Origin: Macrostomum lignano
Lineage: Eukaryota
Assembly: GCA_002269645.1 (NCBI GenBank)
Contig: NIVC01000694.1
Span: 1 to 64,000 of the forward strand
DNA: 64,000 nucleotides
Reading direction: 5' to 3'
This document shows, one piece after another, positions 39,360 to 50,689 of this stretch. Position 1 is the first letter of the stretch; each line of letters starts with the position of its first letter. A program made the position numbers and the translations under genes. The notes under the pieces are model-generated. The model did not search any database. It saw only the letters and a list, made by a program, of their open reading frames with translations, and was not told the origin of the DNA.

Positions 39360-40184
39360 GTTTCCAATCTAGAAAGCTATTCTAGAAGTCCATGATCCCC
39401 ATCCCACCAGCACAAGTATCGGTGAGTTTCCAATCCAGACAGCTATTCTAGAAGTCCATGATCCCCATCCCACCAGCACATAAATCGGCAAGTTTCCAAT
39501 CCAGACAGCTATTCTAGAAGTCCATGATCCTATCCCACCAGCACAAGTATCGGCAAGTTCCCAATCCAGACAGCTAGTCTAAAAGTCCATGATCCCCATC
39601 CCACCAGCACAAGTATCGGCAAGTTCCCAATCCAGACAGCTAGTCTAAAAGTCCATGATCCCCATCCCACCAGCACAAGTATCGGAGAGTTTCCAATCTA
39701 CTTCAGCTAGAGAGCTATTCTAGAAGTCCATGATCCTATCCCACCAGCACAAGTATCGGTGAGTTTCCAATCCAGACAGCTATTCTAGAAGTCCATGATC
39801 CCCATCCCACCAGCACAAGTATCGGTGAGTTTTCAATTCAGAGTTATTCTAGAAGTCCATGATCCTATCCCACCAGCACAAGTATCGGTGAGTTTCCAAT
39901 CCAGAGAGCTATTCTAGAAGTCCATGATCCCCATCCCACCAGCACAAGTATCGGCAAGTTCCCAATCCAGACAGCTATTCTAGAAGTCCATGATCCTATC
40001 CCACCAGCACAAGTATCGGTGAGTTTCCAATCCAGAGAGCTATTCTAGAAGTCCATGATCCCCATCCCACCAGCACAAGTATCGGCAAGTTCCCAATCCA
40101 GACAGCTATTCTAGAAGTCCATGATCCTATCCCACCAGCACAAGTATCGGCAAGTTCCCAATCCAGACAGCTAGTCTAAAAGTC
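39360..40184. repeat. 66-bp minisatellite, ~12 copies
   Basis: Unit GTTTCCAATCCAGACAGCTATTCTAGAAGTCCATGATCCCCATCCCACCAGCACAAGTATCGGTGA; starts at 39426 and 39492. Confidence 0.95.
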
Positions 40185-40988
40185 CGTGAGCAAACACGAA
40201 AGGAATAAAGTAGCGAAAGCCAGGCAACGATTAGAAGACTTTGCTCATCTTGGCTACATATTTGCCTTTCAATTTATATCTGCTGCGCATAAACAGAGCC
40301 AGACAGAGCCGCATTTTAGGCACGGAAAGCAAAGGTGCGGCTGCTGTACAGACAGCCAGCTGCCTCGACAAAATTACACAGAGGGCGCAGAGCTGGCTGG
40401 GCAACATGGCTGAAGGGTGGAGACTGCGGACCTCCCCGGAACACATGCCTGCTGCTACTAGGAGCAGCAATTTCGTTAGCAGGGGAACAATGCCGGGAGT
40501 CATCAATTAGTCATGACTGACAAGTTGCGGACCCGGCGGAGCAGTGAATGCGGGGTCAAGCAGCTGAGCCGCTGCATGCAGGAAGCTGGTTCAGCTGCAT
40601 CACTGGCCAACTGTGAGCTGCAGGCGCAGCGGGGGCCGGGGCACTTCTAGCACTGCGTGGTGAGTGCATGAGGCGCTAGCGAAAACAGAAGCTCTTTTGC
40701 CAATTTTGGCAGATGGCGTTTTACATTTTAAAAGTTTTTTTGTGGTCAGAGAGACGAGAGAAGCAGACCGATTGCAACAGAAATGCTGAATTGCCATTCA
40801 AGTAATTTGCTTACAGCTGCCTGCTGGAAATGAAACATCTTTGCAGGTTACAATTGCACCTATTGTACTTTATGGTTAGCATGCAGCTAAATTAGCTAAC
40901 TGAAGCGTGTGAGCGAATCAGTCACACAGAGACTGCAATACTGCCTGGGGATGCCGCCTGGTCTTCTCGTGTTGTAAAAAATACAGTT

Positions 40989-41342
40989 GCTCAGCCTGAG
41001 GATCTGGGAGGCTGGCTGCTTAGCCTGAGGATCTGGGAGGCTGGCTGCTCAGCCTGAGGATCTGGGAGACTGGCTGCTCAGCCTGAGGATCTGGGAGGCT
41101 GGCTGCTCAGCCTGAGGATCTGGGAGGCTGGCTGCTCAGCCTGAGGATCTGGGAGGCTGGCTGCTTAGCCTAAGGATCTGGGAGGCTGGCTGCTTAGCCT
41201 GAGGATCTGGGAAGCTGGCTGCTCAGCCTGAGGATCTGGGAGGCTGGCTGCTTAGCCTGAGGATCTGGGAGGCTGGCTGCTCAGCCTGAGGATCTGGGAG
41301 GCTGGCTGCTCAGCCTGAGGATCTGGGAGGCTGGCTGCTTAT
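40989..41342. repeat. 29-bp minisatellite, ~12 copies
   Basis: Unit CTCAGCCTGAGGATCTGGGAGGCTGGCTG. Confidence 0.95.
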
Positions 41343-41438
41343 TCTGACAGTACGAAAGGCTAAAGAAAGCTAAGGACCTATATAGCAGGGGACCCCAGCG
41401 CAAACAGGTAGTCTCAGTCAGACGGGTCAGCCAGGCCG

Positions 41439-42206
41439 TCAGCCCAGCCGCTTGCGCTGCAGCACGATGCTGATGCCCAGTAGCACAGTCAGGTTGTCCA
41501 CCAGCAGCCTGGCGTGGCACCAGAAGTCCATGCCGACCCGGTACAGCCAGTAGTTGGGCCGCATATCGTTGGCGAGGGTGACGCAGAGCATCGTGCAGGC
41601 CAGCAGCTTGAGGGCGCCGTAGAAGCTGACGTTGGACAGCAGCGCCAGGCCGGCCATGCAGTAGAGGATGGCTACGACCCAGTGCGCCTGCGGCACGAAG
41701 TCGCCGATATTGCGGCGCAGCGCCTCCGCCTCCTCAGGCACGGTGGCGAAGGCGTAGGCGGAGCCGATGGCGAAGACGCCAAGCAGGGAGCGGCCGGCCT
41801 GACGCAGCTGCCCGGAGGTCGAGGCCAGCGTGTCGCAGATGGCGGCGAAGTAAAGGAAGACGGCGCAGCAGCCCAGGCTGGGCAGGGCGAGGCGGGCTCG
41901 AACCCAGGACTTGTAGCGCAGGGCGGGCGCGGTGACGGTGAGGTAGGCCATGTACATGAGCAGGCCGCAGTAGATAAGCAGCGCCTGCCGCCTGCGGATG
42001 TTCAGGGAGACGGCAAAGCCCAGGGCCACGCAGCCGAACACCAGCACGTAGATGAGGCGGGGAGCTAGCGGCGGCTCAGACTCCCGCTTGGCCCGCTCGC
42101 TCAACAGCATCAGCAGCGTCAGGGCGTTGGCGAAGGGCACCCGTGTGAACAGCACCACCAGAAACTTGAAGGACATGCTGCCTGCTGTGCTCTCCTGCTG
42201 CGCCAT
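41439..42206 (-). CDS. TMEM101: Transmembrane protein 101, 255 aa
   Basis: LFTRVPF, LMLLSERA, WVRAR and DFWCHARLL correspond to TMEM101 LLTRCPF, LMLYAERA, WLKVR and EFWNQMKLL; multi-pass hydrophobicity; TTGCAG acceptor 8 nt upstream of ATG. Confidence 0.85.
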   Translation of the reverse strand: MAQQESTAGSMSFKFLVVLFTRVPFANALTLLMLLSERAKRESEPPLAPRLIYVLVFGCVALGFAVSLNIRRRQALLIYCGLLMYMAYLTVTAPALRYKSWVRARLALPSLGCCAVFLYFAAICDTLASTSGQLRQAGRSLLGVFAIGSAYAFATVPEEAEALRRNIGDFVPQAHWVVAILYCMAGLALLSNVSFYGALKLLACTMLCVTLANDMRPNYWLYRVGMDFWCHARLLVDNLTVLLGISIVLQRKRLG

Positions 42207-44948
42207 TGGCTGCTCTGCAACAGAGGCAGTGAGAAGTCAAATTGCAAGATTTTAAGATTTCAAAGCAGATTGCGATAATAGAAACAGTCTTAGACAGTCA
42301 CAGCTACTCTTTGTCATTGATCCGGACAACGTTCCCGGGTTTCTGAGGCATGCAACATTTATGCACACAAGGAAGGGCCAATCAACCTCCAGATTACTGT
42401 ACTTGTCTGACATGTGTGCTCTAGCTGTGGGTCGAACCTAGTCAGAAGCTGAGCCAGAACCCACAGCCGATCACGCATTCGGGGCAAGTCCGACCCCGTG
42501 TTTCTCACTGCTACAATAATATTTAATGGACTCCTAAATCTCCTTGTCGTAAGCTCATGGATGCAATGCTCCAGTAAGCAGGAAGCATCGTATCAAACAG
42601 ACAGGATAAACCTCTGAGACTTGAATTACATTGGGAAAGGGTTGGTCAAACGGCTGTATAAAATAATACGAGATGACCTATACTCGTAGGCTACAGAAGA
42701 AGGTAGACAAAACAAGAGATCGATTCCCGACGATATTCGCTTTGACCGATCAAAGCCTTCCTTCCAGACTTTCATATCAGACCATAAACCGCCCATGTGC
42801 ATCCATGTGCCACGCCCACAAACCGATGCAGCATTTAGTATATGGAATTGAGACACTGCTCCGATGTGACACAATTCACCTCGACACCAAGATGGACAGA
42901 CAGACAGCCAACACAGGCCCGACAGCGAGTCCAAGACGCAAATTCAAGATCAGCGCACAGATGAAGGGAGCACAAGGCAATAATACAAGGCCGGCCTAAA
43001 GCAACTAAAAGACGGCGCATGAAGGCTACGCAGGGAAGCGGAACCAGGTAGCTGCATGGGCGAGGGCATCGGGAGAGCATCAAATTACAGATCCGCCCAC
43101 GCAGTCAGTTATAAAAAAACACTGCAGCTGCCTCCCATCCTATTGTCGCTAACTACATTAGCGCAGAGATGCGAGACGCCGAGGCAACAGGAGTTGAAAT
43201 AGGAGGCGCGGTCAGCCGCCAGCAATTACCAAAGCAAGAATCTCAAAGCAGAGGCAACTAAGCAGAGATTAATGCTAGTCCAGTTGCTCATCACTGGTAC
43301 TTCCTATTGTTACCAAGGCTTTGGATAGGCGGTAGCAGCTGACCCTCGGCCATCGTTGGCTAACAAGCTTGGCAAAGCAACCCAGATGCCACACAAAGCA
43401 TAAAATCAATCAGCTCTTGGCAACGGCTGCTGCACAACCCCAGCCTCCCCAGTGGTTAAACTGGACTGGAGACGCCAATGCAGCCAGTGATCAAGTAGTC
43501 AAGAGTTGAAATTGAATCCGCTGCGCAGGGGCAACGCGTCTATTTGTGCATAGAAATGATTGGCATTTAGCATTTTAATGACGATGAGAGTTGCAACAGG
43601 AGCCGGGCAAAACTGGGAGAGACAAGCGGGGCGCCTGTGGCGACTACAATGCGGGCTGCCAATGCAGGTCCGGGGATGCGGTGAGCACAGGATCTCATTT
43701 GTAGATTTGACTACAGGGAATTCATGATGGGACACCAATTTGCTCTCCCAACACGGAGCAAACAATCAAACTGTGAGCATGCAATGCAACCCCTCCCGAG
43801 GTTCACGCAGGACTCATTAGGCTATGCAGATGAAGGTAAGCGACCGGAGATGCACAGAACAAGTATCGCGTCAGCATAGAGGCCGGGCAATGCGCGGCAA
43901 GATAGCCACAGTTAAAAATATGAGCAGAAAATTGATGAAAAGCTTTGACCAATACAACCGGTCTACAAGCTGACAAACACTTATTTGCACTGGCTAATCC
44001 ATGTCTCATCGAGAATGTTTGCATGCATGGAGACAAAAATCCATCACCATTCCGAGTCCCCTACTCCAGCGCCGATAATGAGATCCCTAGTCGTGTCTAT
44101 CCCCCCCCCCGACAGTGAAACCCGGGCAATACCTCGGCAGTCCCCAGTGCTACATGCGCCATGACGCAGGGACAGCCGGATCCCATGCATGGAAGCCCAG
44201 CTGCCAGCTCCCATGCTGCCGGGCCGCATCCCGGTATTTCTACTCGAACGGAAGGTGAGGAGCTGAGGCGCAAGACAAGGAGGGCGCAGGCCTTCGATTG
44301 ACAGGCATCGACCCTGTGAAGTGAAATCCCGAGTGAGACAGACTGGGAGGTGTCGGCAGGGAGGGGGCGATCACTGCCGAGCGAGGCGCGCCTGCTATTG
44401 ACCAGAGTGCGCAGACGGGCAAGTGCGCCAGACTGCAGCAGAAATCAATGGGGACGGCTAACAGGACAGCGGGAACAGGAGGGAGAGCGTCTTTCCGCGG
44501 CGGTGAGCGCGCGGGACCCGTCAAACAGCTGGCCCGGGGACGAATTGCAAAGGCGAATGCCAGCCGCAGTAGGCAGGCTGGGTCAGGTGCAGCTTCCTGC
44601 TGTGACGGTGTAATTGTCGCCAGGGCAGGCCGGGCTCTCGCTAGCATTCCCTTCGACCTTTATATTCATCCCAGATCCAAGGCCCCAACCAAAAAGTGCA
44701 TACTAACCCCCATAATATTCCTCTCTGTTCTTTTTACATGGATCAGCAAAATGGTGATATGTGAGAGACAGACGGGGGAGTAGAAATGCGAAAAAGTCGC
44801 GTAAGAAAATTCCTCCATAGCGTACAGAATTGGTTTAGAAGGTCATAGTAATCTCAGAGCACAGGGTTGCGATGTCCATCATGATAAAACATGTCCATCA
44901 ACTGTCATTAGCCAGTCATAGGCACACTGAATACTCTACAGTTGCGTT

Positions 44949-46895
44949 CTACAGTTGCGTTTCAGTTTCCGGCAGCTGTTTCTGGCTGCTGCTGCCGTTG
45001 CCAAGCCGGTTGTCGGGACGCCGCCGGCGACTGCTGCCGCTGCGGTGCACAACAACGGAGGAAGCGCAAACAGCGCTGGTACCCGAGGTGGACGCGGCTG
45101 AGTCAGAGGCCGAAGCAGAGGCGATCTGCTGGCGCGCTGCCAGCAGGTAGTCACGAATGAGGTGCGCCGCCTGGTTGGCCTGGCGGCAGTGCAGCGACAG
45201 GCGGCCCTGGCCACGCAGCTGAAGGGACAGCTGGGCGCGGCTGTCGGAGCCAAATCCGAGCAGGTCCGGGTAGGAGAACGCGGCTAGCGGTGTCGACCGC
45301 CGCCAGTCAGCTTCGACAACATCGCAATCGTTGTCGTCAGCGCCGGCAACGGCAGACTCCGGCAGGAGCTGCAAGCCCGCTTCGCCGACAGCGAGAGCGC
45401 AGGCGTCTCCAATGGTCGTAGTGGCCGCCGCCAGCGGGCTGTGGAGGCGGGCGGGGAAGACAGCGCAGCCAAACAGCGGAGATGCGGAGCGGCAGGCAGC
45501 CAGGAGCTGCAAGTCGAGGGCACGTCGGCGGTCCGGGCCATCTTCAGGGGCGGCGCCGGCCGCCACAGAGGCGGCAGCAGTGGCGGCTGCGAGCACAGCG
45601 TCGAGCGGGACGCGGTTGCGCCAGCGCCGAGGCAGGATCCGGCGCACGAGGCTTGGGTCGGTGCCGGCTGCGGAGGCTTCCCGGGCTGCCTGAAGGCCGC
45701 AAAGTTTGGTCGCCAGGTCCAGCGTGAGCGGCAAGCGGGCCTCGAACACGTCAGTGAGGCACTGGTGCGCCATCAGTGACACCTCCACAGCATCAGACTC
45801 GTCGACATAGGGCTCTATGAAGAGGCGCTTCTTCAGCACCAAGCGGACCAGCATCGGGCTGCCACTGAGCTGGCCGTGCTGCTCCCAGCGGAACAGAGTG
45901 TCGCCGATGAACTCAGCCGGCCCCGTGCAGCGCTCAGGCGCGCCAGGAAATTGCTCAAACAGAGACCAGCCGGTGGCGCCGGGCCGCAGCGGCACCTGAG
46001 CGATGACCGCGGCTGAGGCCTCCGCGCCAGTCAGGTAGGAGTGAAACTCTAGCTGGCGAGTCTCTCCGTTCAACAGGTGGACGCTGACGCGCGCATTGGC
46101 GCGAGCGAAGGTGGCTGCGAGCTCCGAAGCCGAGGGCGGGAATCTCCGCCTGGCAGGCCGGGCAGGTCTGGCGAGGCAGGCGAGGCAAAACTGCGCGCAG
46201 AGAGCCGGGTCACCTGACGGCTGCTGCCTAGACAGGTGAGCCAGGTGGCAGCGGAGAAGTCGCAGGACTGGCTCCCAGGCCGGTCTGAGGATGGCACAGG
46301 CTGCGCAGAGGAGCTGGTGCGGTCGGGGCGTTGTGGGCGGATGACTGCCTGACGATTCGCAGCTTGTTTGGCGCACGAGCTGCAGAAAGAGCTCGCTGGT
46401 GAGGCGGTCCGAGTCAAGGCAGCGCTGCAGCACCGCCTGCACAGTTCGGACCACAGCGGATTCGTCCAGGGTGGCGGCCCGCTCAACCAGGTGAATTGCC
46501 GCGGAGAATTTTACAGCAGCGGAGCGCGCCGTCTCGGAGGTGTGAATGAGCAACGGTTGCTTTAGCGGGGCCGCAGCCCGCGTCCAGTAGGCCTGCTTGA
46601 AGCAGACCGGGTCCGTGCAGCCAGCCGGCACCGGCGTTGGCGGCGTCACAAGGGGCTCCGACGGAGAGTCTCCGCCATTTTGGCTTCCCCGATTGGCGTC
46701 GCCGCTTCCGCCGCGCTGTCGGCGCTTGGCCCGACTGAGGAGTCGCAGTAGTGCGGACGCCGCGGCCTCCTGCGGCGGCTTAGCAAGGGCGCCAGAGGCT
46801 ATTAGAGCGCGCCGACAGTCGACTAGAGAATCAGGAGACGCCGAGGCAGCAAATAATGCAGACTCCGAGGTAATCGCTGCTGCTTCATCGGCCAT
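44949..46895 (-). CDS. MyTH4-FERM domain protein (PLEKHH/MAX-1-like), 648 aa
   Basis: MyTH4: YWTR...PLKQPLL..ELFLQLVRQT..RRFPPSxxE. FERM: VSVHLLNG..GWSLFE..D.L.RWE..RLVLKKRLF; LFGCAVF. Confidence 0.8.
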   Translation of the reverse strand: MADEAAAITSESALFAASASPDSLVDCRRALIASGALAKPPQEAAASALLRLLSRAKRRQRGGSGDANRGSQNGGDSPSEPLVTPPTPVPAGCTDPVCFKQAYWTRAAAPLKQPLLIHTSETARSAAVKFSAAIHLVERAATLDESAVVRTVQAVLQRCLDSDRLTSELFLQLVRQTSCESSGSHPPTTPRPHQLLCAACAILRPAWEPVLRLLRCHLAHLSRQQPSGDPALCAQFCLACLARPARPARRRFPPSASELAATFARANARVSVHLLNGETRQLEFHSYLTGAEASAAVIAQVPLRPGATGWSLFEQFPGAPERCTGPAEFIGDTLFRWEQHGQLSGSPMLVRLVLKKRLFIEPYVDESDAVEVSLMAHQCLTDVFEARLPLTLDLATKLCGLQAAREASAAGTDPSLVRRILPRRWRNRVPLDAVLAAATAAASVAAGAAPEDGPDRRRALDLQLLAACRSASPLFGCAVFPARLHSPLAAATTTIGDACALAVGEAGLQLLPESAVAGADDNDCDVVEADWRRSTPLAAFSYPDLLGFGSDSRAQLSLQLRGQGRLSLHCRQANQAAHLIRDYLLAARQQIASASASDSAASTSGTSAVCASSVVVHRSGSSRRRRPDNRLGNGSSSQKQLPETETQL

Positions 46896-47834
46896 TTGTT
46901 TAGTGTGGGATGAGCAGAATACTTAGCGCTGGCTCTCTTAAAGCAGGAGAGGACAGGGCAAGGAGTCGCTCAGGTCAGCTCAGCCCATCTGCTCGCCAAG
47001 CCGCAGAGATGCACAGTCCTCTCTCGTATGTCGAATAGCAGTCGGCGGGGATTTTCCGGTGCCTCAGCGGTTTTGGATTTGCCTGACTTTGGCTGGATAA
47101 GCGGGCATACCAGAGCAGAAGCTGAGGCTGAGAACCTGAGTGACTGAGCGAGACTGGGAGATCGTCGGCTGTCAGCTACCGTGGGTGCAGCAAGCCCTGG
47201 GTCCTCACGCCATGTATGCAAATACGCTCGCTTCCTCAACCCCAGCCAGCTGCCCATGCCAGGCCGGCAGAGCCAATGCCAAAGCCGTGCGGCCCTGCCC
47301 TGCACTGGCGCAGTCCCCTCACTCCCGTTCCTTGCAAGCCGCTGGCCCGGCATCCTGCAGACACGCCGCAAACACAGCGGCCCGATTATAAAAAGCCAAG
47401 GCTTATGAAGGAGGCAGGAAGCCCTGGATGGAAAGACGGGACTCGGCACGAGGGAGCACAAAAGCTGCGCATGACGGCCCAAGCAAATAAACAATAATGT
47501 CAGTCAACAGCGCAGCAGAGATAGCGGGGCAGATGACAGGTGCACAAACAGTGAGCTCAATAAGCAGTTGTCACCAGTTTAACATCCCACTGTTCTCAGA
47601 TCAGTAGGCTATTATAAGCATTGAATTTTATTGAGAACATTGCCCGCCAGAGTGCGGCACCTCCGAGAAGCAAATCAAATTATGGATGGACTCTCAGTCA
47701 CGCAATGCCTAGCCCAAATCAGAAGACCTCTTAGGCTCGTACCGATTGCATGCAATTGAGACGCAGTGCACGCCTGATACGACATTAAGTGGAGACAAAG
47801 ACTGGGCTGTCTAGTGCCGTGGCAACAGGCTATG

Positions 47835-48160
47835 GAGCTGCCAGTGTAGACAAGCGAGAGTGAAGCTGCCAGTGAATACAAGCAAGAGTGAAGCTGCCAG
47901 TGAAGACAAGCAAGAGTGAATCTGCCAGTGTAGACAAGCGAGAGTGAAGCTGCCAGTGAAGACAAGTGAGAGTGAATCTGCCAGTGAAGACAAGCGAGAG
48001 TGAATCTGCCAGTGAAGACAAGCGAGAGTGAATCTGCCAGTGAAGACAAGCGAGAGTGAATCTGCCAGTGAAGACAAGCGAGAGTGAAGCTGCCAGTGAA
48101 GACAAGACAAGCAAGACTAAAGCTGCCAGTGAAGACAAGACAAGCAAGACTAAAGCTGCC
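47835..48160. repeat. 28-bp minisatellite, ~11 copies
   Basis: Unit GCCAGTGAAGACAAGCGAGAGTGAA(T/G)CT. Confidence 0.92.
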
Positions 48161-49597
48161 AGTTTAGACGCACTATAACAAATCGTTAAAAAGTAGAGCC
48201 AAGTGAATCTGCCACAGAAAAGGCGCATGAGTGAGGACGCAGGCAGGTCATTTATTATGAATTATGCTGAGTGCCAAAAAGGCGCGAAAATTCCTAGCCT
48301 AAGCAACAGTCTGAAAGCCTAAAGTGGACAGTGGGATGACACAATACAGTTGGTGAGATGCAGATAGGCATCATGGCGGTTGTGAAAGGGGCTAAATAAT
48401 TGAATTGCAGACACTGGGGTGATTGTACATCAGAGCCATGGACAGCAGCAACCATCATTGGGTTACCAAGTTATAGTAAATAATCAGACAGGCCCATCAA
48501 AACTATGCAGAGCAGCCATGCCAGTAAACAGAAAATTGAAATTCAAAGGCCAATGTTGATAGAGACACGGATATAATATAAGAGCAAATGTTCTTGTCAT
48601 ACTACTACAACCTATAAAAAGTAGCATGATGCTTTTTTAGAACAAGCAGATATTTCTTTTTTATAAAGGCAAAGATTTGCATTAAAATAGTATTTGTATA
48701 CTAAATTAGTATATCAGATTTATACTAGCTAAAGCTTTGCAATAGTTAAGCTAAATATATTGGTATTTGATTTGATTTTCAACTTTAATTTAAATATTTT
48801 TGGATATAAGTAAAAAGAAATTAATTAGTAAAACCAAATACCAATTTAACTTTCCTAATATAGTTTTTCTATGAATCAAAATATACACATTTTACTACCA
48901 TAACTTGTATGTAAGGTGTAATATATTCATGTCATTGACATTATGTTGCTTATCGTTAAAGTATAAAGGTATCTGAATTTATACAATAGATGCAAAAATA
49001 TTAGTGAATAAATATGTTTTTTACAATTATAAATTAAAAATGCTTAAACAACTTTGTAAAAAACAAATAACATGCCTAATAGGCATTAAACATACTCTAT
49101 AGTTAAACATATTCTAGGCCTTCCTTAAATAAAAGTGATATATATCATTTTTGTGAATTAACAAAAACTTTTAGAATATAACAACTAGTAGTATATCAAG
49201 ATGCTATGCTCATGATTCATAGAAAAACTTTTGAAGGCTGATTTATAAAGTATGTTGATTCTTACTGTTTGGAAATATATATAGACATGATTTTTGGTGA
49301 ATAGGTATATCACAATGTGTAATTTACTTTAAAAAACTTTCAATTTTTGTCTTTGCTCTATTATGTTACAATATGATCATTATTTGGATCTTCTAGCTTT
49401 AGAAATGTTAGTTAACAATTAAGTGAAAGGATATTAAGACAATAAACTATTACAAATCAATAGGCCTAGATCAAGGGTTAGGCTAGCAAACTCTAGATTC
49501 TATAGATTCTAGATTTATTTTCTAGATTTAGATTTAGATTCTATAACCAGAAAAAGGTACATAACCTTAAAAAGTCCCAACTTGTAAAATTTATATG

Positions 49598-49720
49598 TAC
49601 GAGAGGTGTTTCAAAAGTAATGAGAATTTTATTATAACTTTTGACTGGATGAAGGTATGAACTTGAAATTTTCACCCAACAATTCTACACATATGAACAA
49701 CTAATAGCTTTATTTTAAGC
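49598..49720 (+). mobile_element. Solitary mariner-like terminus
   Basis: TA|CGAGAGGTGTTTCAAAAGTAATGAGAA resembles mariner TIR starts; partner end not found. Confidence 0.45.
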
Positions 49721-49728
49721 CTTATATA

Positions 49729-49993
49729 CACTCAGCAACATCGAAAAGTTGCCATCACAGAACATTCCTTTTTGCGAGGGTGGCAGGTAAAGTCTCTCAA
49801 TCTTTGCGAGTGACGCAACTCAGCTACGCTGCGGCAGACTTGAGTTGAGGAATGAAGTGGGGGGGAGCAGTGTGCGAGGGTTGGACGGATCAAAGCTACC
49901 CTGATCAGTTTTCTCAAATCTTTTATTTCAGAATAGTTCAAGAGGAATTGCTCACTGGCGCATAGAGTGGCCACTTTTCAACGTTGCTGAGTA
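49729..49993. mobile_element. Tc1/mariner-type MITE, 265 bp
   Basis: Imperfect ~25-bp TIRs (CACTCAGCAACATCGAAAAGTTGCC / reverse complement TACTCAGCAACGTTGAAAAGTGGCC); TA on both sides. Confidence 0.75.
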
Positions 49994-50403
49994 TAGTAGC
50001 TAAATATAAAGCTAAATATAGTAGCTACAAAGCTTATATAGTAGCTAAATAAGGCTAAATTTAGGTTTTAGCATACACATATAAAATTTTAGAGTATGTG
50101 CATGACAATACAAGTCATCATAGTTGTAGGCCTAGTTATAATAGTTGTCCCATCCATGCATATAGGCTATATAATTATAGAATTCAAAAATTAATAAATT
50201 GCAAAACAGATTTCCATGTTCTTTATAAGGTAAGCACTTTGGATTTTTACAAAATGTCTTTATTTGAAACAAACAAGTTTGAAACAAACAAACTTATAGA
50301 TGATTGTAATATATATAAAATGCTATACAAATAGAATTCTGACTTTTTAGTTTTGTCTTCTTTAAATTTAAAAACCAAATCACTAGTATTATAAGTCTAC
50401 TTT

Positions 50404-50667
50404 TGTGATAACTTTTTTAACTGAGGCAGAAGTGTGGAATTGCAGGAGTGAGAAAAGGTGCTCGCTTGAGAGCTAGTCTGACAGTATTTATTAGTTAGCA
50501 ATGAGGTGGTGGGTGCAGACAGATTCAATCGCGTGCATGGGGTGGGGTTGAATACAATACCATTCAAATCATTAAGCTGGTCAATAGCAATCGCCACTGC
50601 TAGTGAGTCAACATTCAGTACAAGTACACACAAACTATTTGAAAGTCCATCGTGTCGCTATGTCGCA
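50404..50667 (-). repeat. 3' LTR (264 bp)
   Basis: TGTGATAACT...CTATGTCGCA; about 13 substitutions and 3 indels versus the 5' LTR by eye. Confidence 0.92.
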
Positions 50668-50689
50668 TCTCCCCCCTTAGATAACGCCC

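Noticed and set aside
42300-44900. A further gene in the TMEM101 to MyTH4-FERM gap
   Set aside because: Only short ORFs without codon bias or motifs.
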